DNA of 63,765 nt, the filler included, from Craspedostauros australis (Eukaryota): assembly GCA_030167865.1 (NCBI GenBank). It is 5 parts of 5 records of this genome, joined end to end, with 100 filler letters (N's around TTAATTAATTAA, not from the genome) between each part and the next. Parts side by side here need not be neighbours in the genome. Positions count along the whole stretch, not along the records: positions 1 to 4,927 come from JALAGF010001239.1; positions 5,028 to 13,437 come from JALAGF010001242.1; 3 more parts are not named here. One strand, 5' to 3'. This document shows, piece by piece, positions 1 to 10,092 of the stretch (within the stretch, counting starts at the first letter, position 1; the number at the start of each line of letters is the position of its first letter). A program made the position numbers and the translations under genes. The notes under the pieces are model-generated. The model searched no databases. It saw nothing but the letters and a program-made list of their open reading frames with translations, and was not told the origin of the DNA.

Positions 1-354
1 TCCGTTGCAACAGCGTGCTCCCACGGAATCCCATGCCTACCTCACCCTTCATGATCGGAGTGCCCAGCATCTCTCCAAATAGAGATGGTGTGATCTTCAG
101 ATGCTTCATCAACCTTTCCACCACAGTCCTCATCGCCATCCCCGCCGTTCAGAAACGGCGATTGCCACATCGGCATGTCGCAAGATTCAGTCGAACCCTG
201 CACAATTCTCGCCTGCCTAAATCGCCAACTTTGGTCAGCAGCATCCCACAGAGCAGCTCCCAAATGATCATATATAGCCAACAAAGCTGCCGCTGCAGCA
301 AAACACCGTACTCAATTTGCGCAGCATTTGCCTCCCAGGTTCAGCTTTGTGGTG

Positions 355-1751
355 TTAAGACCTTGCCAACACCCACTCCTTCACATGATTGCAAACAACG
401 CCGGTGACCTCCGAAATGTCCTGGAAGAGCTGGTGATGGCCACCCTTGACTTCTTTGAAGGTCTTGTCCTCGGATTGTGCCAGCTGCTGCACGCGTCGCA
501 CGGCATCTGTGTCGACACGGACTTCCTTCTCTCCCATGAACACTGCGATTGGTGCCTTGATGTCTCCCAGCGAGTCGTTCACGTAACCGAAACTCGTCAA
601 GACTGACGCGATCATCCCAAGCCGCGGTGGGATTGTTGCTGCTTCCTGGATGATGGGATCCGCGCGCCCGGCCCTCGCCCAGCGTTTGTCACCGAAGGCG
701 AGATCGAATGTACTGAAGAAGTCAGTTCCTGGCATCTCTAGCATCGGGAAGAATCGTGCAACGAACTTCAACAAGGCCACCACCGGCTTGGGCGGGAGCA
801 TCTCGGCTGTAATGTGATGCATGAGGATGGAATCAAATATACGTGTGTGTGTGTGTAATGGAGTGGTCGCAAATGAACAGCGGAGGTACAGGAGCAATCA
901 ATGTGGGAATGTGTCGAACTCAATTCCGATGTTCAAGGCATCGCAGCATGTCGACATTGCTTGCCGTCAAACGCAATCCACGCTCACGTTCATGTACGCT
1001 CCTACATCAACGCCCGCAGTTACGAGGCTCCGGCATGACAACAACTGTTCCAGATGACCGACCGCCGACCGACTGAACAGTCGCGCAACAGCAGCACTAG
1101 CAGCAGAAGGAACTACAGCAAAATCCAAAACAGCCACTTACGCAAGAGTTGGATGACCGGACCCGTCAGGATGTACCCATCTGCCAATGATCCACTTTCG
1201 CCTTTCATCTGTTCGACAAGCATTTGCTTCAGCACAATATGACCACCAAAGCTTTCCCCCATCGCGAAGATCTTCCTGCCTTCGAATTTGCTTCTCATGT
1301 CGTTCAAAATCTTGGTGAAATCGTTGGTGATGGTGTCGATCGAATCAAAGTACGCTCTCATCCCATTGGTGCTATCGCTGTATCCGCATCCAGCCTGGTC
1401 ATACGAAATGAATGCAATTCCAGCCTGCATCATGGCCTGCCCGAGGATATCGGAATACCCGGAATGGAATCCTGCGCCACCATGATGAAAGAGGATGACG
1501 CTTTGGATGCCATCGTCAGGGACCCAACGCCACATCGCCAAACGGATCCCTGTGGCGGAGGTTGTGAACTCGTCGGGCTTCCCAAGAGGAGCGACTGTGT
1601 CCTCGCAGGAGCCCTCCTCGCTAGAAGTTCCTTGGCCCCCCTTTGCAGAACAGGATTACGCAGAAGCAAAGCTATCTGCTCCCTGCCAGAAGAATCCCAC
1701 GATGAGCAGGAGAAGCGGCAGGGTGAATGTCGAATGGTGAATCGCTCTCAT
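355..1751 (-). CDS. Alpha/beta-hydrolase (monoacylglycerol lipase/lysophospholipase, Hydrolase_4 type). Exons ~1751-1142 and 806-355; in-frame TAA at 1656-1658
   Basis: Motifs ILFHHGGAGFHSGY, SYDQAGCGYSD, nucleophile elbow GESFGG and C-terminal GGHHQLF. Removing a GTAAGT...ACAG intron (1141-807) gives ..IQLLPEMLPP.. in frame. ATG at 1751 encodes a signal-peptide-like leader in the same frame. Confidence 0.85.
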
Positions 1752-2502
1752 GTTGTGATGATGGTCGGAGTTGTGGCTGCTGCTATTGGGCGAATTGTGA
1801 GAACTTCCGACCACGTTACGTTGCATCGTGTTGCGTCCTGTCGATCCGCGTCATGGTGCAAATGCGAGTACTTGCATGTGCATGGTTCTGTCATGGCTGC
1901 GTTGTCTCCGTTGCGTCAAGGCGTGGGTTGGTGCCTTGTGGTGGAAGTCACCAAAGACGCGGTTCTTCTCCGCGAATGATTCTGGAAGTTCGCGTTGACG
2001 CCAAACATCTCTTCTGGCGTATCTTTTCGGATCACGGGCGTGTTTGAACAATTCGATCGTGTTCTTGGAATGCGTGGCGACTTGCGACGCCTCACAAATC
2101 AAACAGTGCTCTTGACATCCTGGTTCTGCAATACGAGTCGTCGTCTGTACCATTACTATTCTACTCTGTTCACAGCTGACCTTGGGAGATGAGACTGGCA
2201 CAAACCATCTCCGTAGTGGATTGATCTGTGCAGCGGTCACCACCACAACCAAAGAGAATCAACAACGTGACACCAGCGGTGTCAAAAATCGCTGCAATCG
2301 TCATCAAAATCAGCAGACGTTGTGGTGCGACCGGCGATTCTACATCTACATCTACATTTCTGGCGTGAAGGATTGCTACATTCACCCACTCATCCATGCC
2401 GATCAACACCGCGCTACATTGTTCCTTCTGTCAGATGTCCGCCACGTGCATCAATTGCGATGGTGTGCCGTTGCAATGGCGCTCTCATCTGATCATTCAT
2501 GA

Positions 2503-4927
2503 TCACTCATGGTCCGTCAAGATCGAGATGTTATCATCTTCGAACATTTCGTCAGCCTGACTGTTCTCATCATCGATATCACTGCTTGGCATCGAAGACG
2601 CTTGTGGCGACGTTGTCTTCGTCGCCACGCTTCCCACCATTACGCTCTGCCCACTTCCACCAAAGTTCAGCCGGATGCGATCGCTGCCTGCCTGGAGATG
2701 TGTCGGAAGCACCACGTGCCCTGGCTGTTGCTCGTGCTTCTTGATCAGCTGACAGATCTGCTCGTCATCGATGTACTGCGAATATCGTTCACGAAGATCG
2801 TCCACCTTGGCGAGGACTCCCCAACGATGATAGTATGAGCATGCTTGGGAGATGTGCTCGATGATTGCATCGGATTCTATCTTCATCATGATCAGGTAGT
2901 CAGCGAACCGCTCGCATGCAAGTCCTGCTTCGTGGATGCGCCCAACCGCATCCGAAGCGAAGATGGCATCGTAGAATGCTCCCTTGATGGCATCGATGCT
3001 CTTCTGCGTGCTCTTGCTCTTTTTCTTGTTGTCATCGCCGTGCTTTGATGTTGCTGCAATGTATTCGGCGCGGATGATGAGATGCCTGCTCGCGTGGCGA
3101 TCACCCTTCGTGGCGCAAGCCGACCTGCTGCTCTTGTAGACCTGTTTGAGCTGTCGCTTGTATTTGGGGCGCTTGGTTTGACGGTAGAGAGAAGCAGCCA
3201 TGAGAGCAATGTACAGCAGCTGAGAGCTGTGAACGTTGTATATTGGGTCGCCCGAGAAAGAATTCCGAAAGCGTTTGAACAGAATCTTCGCAACATCGAA
3301 CCTTTGAAAGTGGGTCGCCAGTAGCTGTCGTGTCCAATAGCCAACCTTGAGGACGAAGGCAGTCTCCTTCGTCTTCACGACGCCTTCGCCAAAGCGGGCG
3401 ATGTCATCCCAATTCATCTCCTCTTTTCCAATCAGAATGGCCGGCAACTTCGCGTGCTCCCTGAACCACTCGATGTTGGATGACACCTTGAACAGTGCCA
3501 TCTGGTCAAGCATCGATCGATACGATCGATACATCTCTGGCATGGGATGTCCTTCCCATTCAGCGACCATGTTGCCGGTCTGCCAACAGAAGAAACCAGT
3601 TTCGAAGTCTCCCCGCTGCATACAGGCAGAAAAGCCTCGATGCAACTTCTCGATGATGATCCCCGCAGGCTCACTCCATCCGGATATAAACGCGCCGCTG
3701 ATCATGTCAACCCACGCCTGAATGTAAGGGTCAGGATCCCGACGGATGATCGCACTCGCCAAGTTGGCGAGGCGCGTGGCGACGGCCTGATTTCCGAGAG
3801 CAGCTTGCACCATGCCGGCACTCACGAAACCCAACGCAGTCTCAGCACAGATACCATGACGAATGGACATCCGGACGACCTTCATCGATGCCATCATCCA
3901 TTCCACAAAGTTTGCTCCCGTGAATGATCGCATGATCAGTTGGAACATGATTTTGTTTGCCAGCACCCTGTTTGTATCGCGCAAAGCTGGAAGAGACAGG
4001 ATCTGCTCATTGTTGTGGCGCTTCAAGTACGATGTCAGCCACAACAGATCTCGGGCCACATGCAGCGCGTATGCTCGCCTCGGGTATCCAGCAAGCAGAC
4101 GGATGGTCCTTCTGCTCAGCTGCACGCACAGATCATGCTTGTCCTCTTTCGCGTACGCTGATACCATGCAGGAGTACACCGGGAGCTTCTGCTCGGTTGT
4201 ATTGGCCTTCTCCAGCACCATGTGACTGAGCTCGTAGCCCAGCTGGTAATGCCCAAGCGTCAGCTCCACATCCGACCGCAGCTGGTGCAGGCGAAGCGAG
4301 AGATCGTATTGATCCTCCCATGGATTGCGAAGCTTGCGGAACGCATTGTGAGCCAGCTGCAGGTACATGGCCGCTGGTGCCATCGCTGCCATCTTCAACG
4401 CCTGCTGTCCGACTTCGAGGTTGAGCCGCAGCGAGAATGCATGATCCTTGGTCGGAATGCAATTGAGATGGTCGGCAGCGACGAAGAGCAGGCTGGTATC
4501 GATGGTTGGTAGTGACCGGCTGTCGCTATCACTACTGCTATTGCTGTATGTAAATGTGGAGGTCGGCGTTGTCGTAAGTGGCAGCTGGTTCTGTTGGCAG
4601 TACAACCTCCAGATGTGCATCCCGATCCTTTGCTTGAGCTTGCTCCTCGTTTCACCGAATGGGATCATGCTCAGCGCAGCTTGTTGAATGCGGTCATGTG
4701 CAAAACGGAATGTCTTGCTCCCCACCGTGTTGGAGAGGAGACCATCNAGCACTGCNTGCTCCAGGTGCTGGAGCAGTAATCGTGGNGATTCTCCTTGCGG
4801 TTCATTGGTCGGGCCTATTTCCGTCGCCGTCGCCGTCGCCGTTGCCGTCGCTGCAGCAAATACGAACCCATCTGTTGAGGGTTGATGCTTGCTCTCTTCG
4901 GTCAGTACGAACTGCAACAGATCGAAG
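2503..4927 (-). CDS. C-terminal part (winged-helix/TPR-like) of a COG3899-like predicted ATPase; 5' end lost at the contig break
   Basis: An open frame of over 800 aa runs to the contig edge. It contains FRFAHDRIQQAAL, ADHLN, LNLEVGQQA..AA..Y, WEDQYDLSLRL, HEAGLACERFADY and YHRWGVLAKVDDL, typical of this family. Confidence 0.8.
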
Positions 4928-5027
4928 NNNNNNNNNNNNNNNNNNNNNNNNNNNNNNNNNNNNNNNNNNNNTTAATTAATTAANNNNNNNNNNNNNNNNN
5001 NNNNNNNNNNNNNNNNNNNNNNNNNNN
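4928..5027. other. Artificial contig-joining linker
   Basis: N44-TTAATTAATTAA-N44, with stops in all six frames; identical at four places. Confidence 0.97.
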
Positions 5028-5455
5028 TGGAGGAGCAGAGATGGTGGCGCATCGAATGTTCGGCACGATCGTCCCCACCATCGTCACTGCCATCGTTGTT
5101 GCCGATCCCTGGGTGGAGGAGCAGAGATGGCAGCGCATCACATGGTCTGCGCGATCGTCCCTGCCATCGTCACTGCCATCGTCGCTGCCAATCAATGGAT
5201 GATGGAGGAGCAGTGATGATGGCGCATGGCATGCTCCACTCGATCGTCGCTGCCGTCGCCACTGTTGATCCTTAGATGGTGGAGGAGCACTGACGCCGAT
5301 GGACCCCACATGGTGCGCGCGGCTGGACATGCCTCCGTCACTGTCTCTGTCCAATCCAATCTACAAATGATGGATGAGGAGCAACGGCGGCACATGGCAC
5401 AGCATGGTCGTCACAGTCTTCGCCGTGGTTGCTGTTGCTGCACATCCATGGATTG
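5028..5455 (+). repeat. Degenerate minisatellite, 4-5 units of ~77-94 bp
   Basis: Units start with TGGAGGAGCA at 5028, 5114, 5203 and 5280, and with TGAGGAGCA near 5375. The first units share CGATCGTC and C(A/G)TCG(T/C)CACTG blocks. Confidence 0.75.
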
Positions 5456-5680
5456 TGGAATGCAAGGCCACCGAAGCTGCTGCTGGTGTTGCCAATCCAT
5501 CCATGGCAGAACACATGGTAGTGGATCGGTATTTGCTGCATGGTCGTAGCCGCTGACTTCACTGGCACTGCTGACTATCTAACCAATCAACCGTGGAGCA
5601 TCCCACGCAAGATGGAGAGAGAATTTGAATATAGCCAGAGCCTAAATATGTATTATGTGTATCAGACTAGTTGATGTGAT

Positions 5681-6895
5681 TCATGGTACCAAGGCAAGGT
5701 ACTCCTCTGCTGTGAGCTTTGCAGAAGTATACCGTGCAGATTGTTCATTGCCATAGAAGATGCAACGGAAGTTTGTGAGGAATGCCGCAATGTAGTGCAT
5801 GTGTGTGAGGGGGTTCCAATAGATTTTCATTTGGTTCTTCACATCGAGGAAGGGAAACGATTTACCAATCTCCATGAACTCCCATTCGACGCAGATTCGC
5901 GCAGAGGACATGTCCCTGTTGCACAGAGCTTCAGGGGAACCCTCAACTGTGTTTCGAAATGCACCAAGCACGTATGCTGTTGTGGCATATGCTGGATCAC
6001 CGTACAAACGGTATGGCCTTTGGAACCCTGGAAGTGGCATCAATTCTCTCATCCGCGGCTCGACGCCACTCTCGCGGAGCATGAAGGAATCATGGCGGCT
6101 TCCAAGGATAGGACCATAATAATGCAGGATCAAGCCATCTGCACCAACAATACCCTGGAACTTAATTCCGTGCATGTGCTTGTGCCCAGAGTATGCCATC
6201 CGTTGGTTGTACGTCGGCCGACATGTTGCACTGAATGTCCCATCGACGAATCCAATAATGTTGTCCACCAAGTCCTTTGTGAGCACACTGACGTTGTGAG
6301 CGTAAGAGGCGAACCGAGGCTGGAACAACCCCAGGTCGCTGAGGTATGGAGCTGCAATGGCATGAAAGTAGAAAAAGAAGGTGCCACAGATGCACGAAAG
6401 CCGATTGACATCCATGTCAAAACGGTCCTCCATGTCGCAAAACCGACCTCGATGCGCCAATCGATAGATCATGATCAGGAAGCCAACTTCAAAGGAGACC
6501 GTCAAACGGTTCTTGACCTCTATGGAGGTGGGGTCTTGCTCACCGGATACAGCCTGAAATTTGGGCCAAAAGGCAACGACCAACCGTCGCAGATGGTCCT
6601 TGCGGAACCGAAAGTGGTCGATATCCTCTCCATCGCGGATCTGACGAATGGTGACGCCGCGATTTGAATGACGCCGAGGTGGCTGCATGGGGAGAAGGTA
6701 TTGGCGCTGCAATCGCAAAGCATGGATCCCGAGGGCCATGACGTTGCCGAAGTGCTGGACGAAGGTCTCGATGTCGTCGTCGTCAAGTTCGTCGATGTGG
6801 ACCTGTGACAGCCATGTGGCCGCGTCGATGAACATATCCTTTGCCTCAGAGCAAGCCTGACGCTCGGGAAGACAGTTCCAGACGCGGCGAGGCAT
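5681..6895 (-). CDS. PIF/Harbinger (HARBI1-like, DDE_Tnp_4) transposase
   Basis: Motifs FRFRKDHL, IIGFVDGT (D), YSGHKHMHGIKFQ, GSRHDS, LYGDPAY (D) and MSSARICVEWEF (E); uninterrupted frame. Start taken at MPRRVW (6895); upstream ATG at 7054 is possible. Confidence 0.92.
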   Translation of the reverse strand: MPRRVWNCLPERQACSEAKDMFIDAATWLSQVHIDELDDDDIETFVQHFGNVMALGIHALRLQRQYLLPMQPPRRHSNRGVTIRQIRDGEDIDHFRFRKDHLRRLVVAFWPKFQAVSGEQDPTSIEVKNRLTVSFEVGFLIMIYRLAHRGRFCDMEDRFDMDVNRLSCICGTFFFYFHAIAAPYLSDLGLFQPRFASYAHNVSVLTKDLVDNIIGFVDGTFSATCRPTYNQRMAYSGHKHMHGIKFQGIVGADGLILHYYGPILGSRHDSFMLRESGVEPRMRELMPLPGFQRPYRLYGDPAYATTAYVLGAFRNTVEGSPEALCNRDMSSARICVEWEFMEIGKSFPFLDVKNQMKIYWNPLTHMHYIAAFLTNFRCIFYGNEQSARYTSAKLTAEEYLALVP

Positions 6896-7935
6896 GCGAA
6901 GAGAAGGTGACGAAGGGAAGAGAGAAGCACTCAAGCGGAACTGAAACGCAGCAAATAGGCGAGGGAAGATAGGCAGGAGGAGGCAGGGAGAATGTGTGGA
7001 CCAAAAGTATCGTGCCCCCGCACAGGAGAACAACAAGAAATAGTTTGCCATCATCTCGTACGGCTTCGGGATGGAAATGTGGCGCCAACGATATCTGCTG
7101 AAGCACGAAGGTAGGCATCAATCACGACCCACATGTACGACTACACAGACTAAATCCAGTCCCTCCAAGATCCAACACGAATGCGAACATTTGGGGAGAG
7201 ATCCCCACTGGTTGTCACCACGACAGGTTCCAGGGGTGGCTTCATTTTACATGCGATATCTCCCTACTGTCGAACTGGGACACCCTCATGTTGGTCAGGA
7301 AACGATATTTCGTGGATTCTGATTGGGGGTGGAGACAATTCGCTGGCTGAAGTTCTGTGTCAGTCAAACAAAGCTCGCAAGACGCGACAACGGAAGGCGC
7401 TCTGCGAATCTGTTTGCGTGATGCCGTTGTCCCGCCTCTCACATGAAATTGTCAGCGTACCTTGCAAGGTTGACAGATTGAACAAGAGCAGAGCATTGGA
7501 ACAAGGGATCAGGAACGATGATGATAATGACACCAAGGAAGACAACAAGGAAGAAATTAAAGAAGACGACTAGGATGATGATAATGATGATACACCACAT
7601 GTGATCATTTACCCCAACAACATTACAATCTCCTGAACACCGCCACTCATCCGCCAAGAGCCGAATCGATAGGCCACCAACAGCACGTCGCGAGCATTTC
7701 ATTCACGTGTCCACCCATACGAACGTGTGAGCGAAGTGCGCATGCTGACTCGCACATCAGCACGCAGCTGATGGTTCATAACGCCATCAGTTCCGTTGGT
7801 AAGTGATACATGTGTGATTCACCCTTCTCGCCGTGGTGGCATTCGACGGCCCAGGATGAAGTGGAGGTGAGGAGATCAGAGTGATGATGTGCCCTCGTCA
7901 CATGGCGGAATCACTGATCGGTTGTGCTTGGGCAT

Positions 7936-10092
7936 TCATCGATGCGTCCGTTTGGTGTGCGGTTTGTTGGAACAATCATCTTCTGACTTTCTCTTGCTGC
8001 TGTTGTTACCACTGCTGTTGCTCCTCCTACTTGGAATGTTGCTTCCCAGTATCGATTCTTGACGATGTATGGGGTTTGGTTCGAAGTCTTTGATCGTCCA
8101 TGCCGCGAATGCGTCAGCCGACCTCGCCGGCCGTTGGGCCTGGCCGCGACGGAAAGATTGCAAAGATGCTGGCTCCCGCTGCGAGACAGTGGAATCGTTT
8201 ACTCTGCCGGCGAAGGACTGGTGGCTACTCTCGGTGCTTCCAGCTGGAATGAGATAACTGCGATCGATGGGAAGCGCACGTTCGTTGATCTGAGGTTGCA
8301 CTGCTGGAGATGCACCAGCATGTGAAGGCGCAGAAGCCGGTTGGCTCGTGGCGAGGTGAGAGATTGCAGAATACATTGGCATCGCACCGACCGTGAAGGC
8401 TGCTGGTGCGTTGTTGGGGAGAGAACCGGAGATGGGCAAGACAGCTGTGTGCTGAGGAAGCAGCGTTTGAAGGGACTGAACATGCCTGGCAGTACCTTTT
8501 GGTGCTGTTGGTGGTGATCCGGTAGGTCCCGCACATGCGGTGCGTGCATTCAGTTGCTGCTGCAGCCCATTGCGCTGTTTTTCATTGTTGACAGCGTCAC
8601 GCAAGCTCTGACCAATCTTCTCTCTCGCGATCTTGTCTGTAATTTCAAACCACCTGCGATTCAAGAAATCCTGCAGTTGCCAAAGGTCAACAGTCAACAT
8701 GATCAATGCAATGCAGTGCGTAATGCAAGTGAAAGAGTGAAATGGATAGTTTCGACAAGCAATGGGATGAAGGCAATTTGAGCAGTGATATGACGCTTGT
8801 GGCATGACCATACGCTAGCTCGCTGACGCAGCAATCATTGAAGCTGGATCATCAAGATTGTTGTAGTTTCGTGCTAAACACCATCCAGACGGCCGAGATC
8901 GCCTGTATTGCAGGTCTGGAGGTCCGCAGGCCCACCAAGACGCACGTGACGAGCCCGATGCTCTACTTACCCTCCGAATGAATCCACAGCCACCAATCTG
9001 CCTCGCCTGATCGCGAACGATCTCGATGATGGCAGTGACAACGATCGACTTCTGTTTCTTGCATTTCGCCACCTTGTATTGCTGCAGATAATTCTCAGCC
9101 AGGAGGCGAAGCTTGATGTTTCCGACTGTTTCAGGCGATTGAGTCGCACCGTATCGAGACGAAGTCAGATTCACAATTTCAAGGACATTGGGCGTAACGA
9201 CAACACGAGAGTGAGGATTGGCTGGCTATGATTGATTTGCAGATAGCGAGTGCTGCATATGCACGAGCAGGATGAATAGTCACCGGCATCACCCTCGCAA
9301 AAGAAGAACAGGAGCAGGATCTAATGCTTCGATTGAGGATCTGAGGTTGGCGCTGGGTGCGCACATCTTGACATATGGCCTTGAGCGCCCTGCCACCCAC
9401 GGCACTGACCAAACATCTCGTCAAGAAGAGCATTCGAGAAGAAGACCAAGTGGCATAGCATCACCATTCGCGACACTAAGTCCTCTATTTGATACCTTCA
9501 GGCATCTCCCTGTGCATTTACCAAGATGGTCGCTTTCGCACTTACTGTGATTGAAATTCTGTCTTCCTCGCTGGCAGATCACATCCCACACGCCAGGTTC
9601 GAAGTGCTGCGGCAGGTATCTCAGTGCATCCTTTGGCATCTCTTTGATTGTTGTGCTCGGCCCATCTCCTTGGATTGGTTGGCTCCCCACATTCAAGATG
9701 TTACCAATCTGATATGGTTCGGCACTTTTTCCGGCGCTGTCCCTGGCTGCCGCGCCGATATTCGTGACTGACACAGCCGGCGGTTGGATACGAGCATGAG
9801 CATGAGCATGAGCATGGCCTTCAGGCTGAGCGTCGATAGAACGATTTGGCTGTGCCCAACTGGGGCCACTGCGCATGTAGCTTTGCAGATTCCTGCCGCG
9901 TGATTGTCGAGTGCCGGCTGATGAGGTAGCAGTAGAATGCGTCGTCGGATTGGTGATCGTATTCGAGCCTCGCATCACTGATGTGGCTGCGCTGTTACCT
10001 TCCGCATTCGCATCATGTTGATCTTGTTCGGTATTTGGGGCAGTGGCGTCGAATCCTGCTGCAAAGTTAGTGTTTTCCATCATGAGGATCAT
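7936..10092 (-). CDS. DUF6824-domain protein (diatom-expanded family). Exons 10092-9546, 9125-8971, 8670-7936
   Basis: Two GTAAG...CAG introns splice in frame to give WDVICQRGRQNFNH|IGNIKLRLL..Y..KSIVVTAIIEIVR..GFIRR|DFLNRRWFEITDKIAREKIGQSLRD, the DUF6824 pattern. Confidence 0.85.

Larger units (their letters stand above)
5028..7264 (-). mobile_element. PIF/Harbinger DNA transposon, copy 1 (one end present, the other beyond the contig break)
   Basis: Near-identical to 13538-15774. Identity ends just after ...GCGATATCTCCC (minus strand GGGAGATATCGCA..., a GGG-starting terminus). Contains a HARBI1-like transposase. Confidence 0.88.

Noticed and set aside
5028..5455. CRISPR-like array
   Set aside because: Units are similar along their whole length with no unique spacers; no cas genes; eukaryotic context.
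5741..6667. 308-aa antisense ORF as the Harbinger second ORF
   Set aside because: It is a shadow of the transposase on the opposite strand with no Myb/SANT features. The same applies to antisense ORFs over Twinkle, the mutarotase, SPS and the 38-kb gene.
7737..7790. tRNA-Met or SECIS (loop TTCATAACG; ATGA on the minus strand)
   Set aside because: No cloverleaf or T-loop, no apical AA motif, and no in-frame TGA in the adjacent gene.
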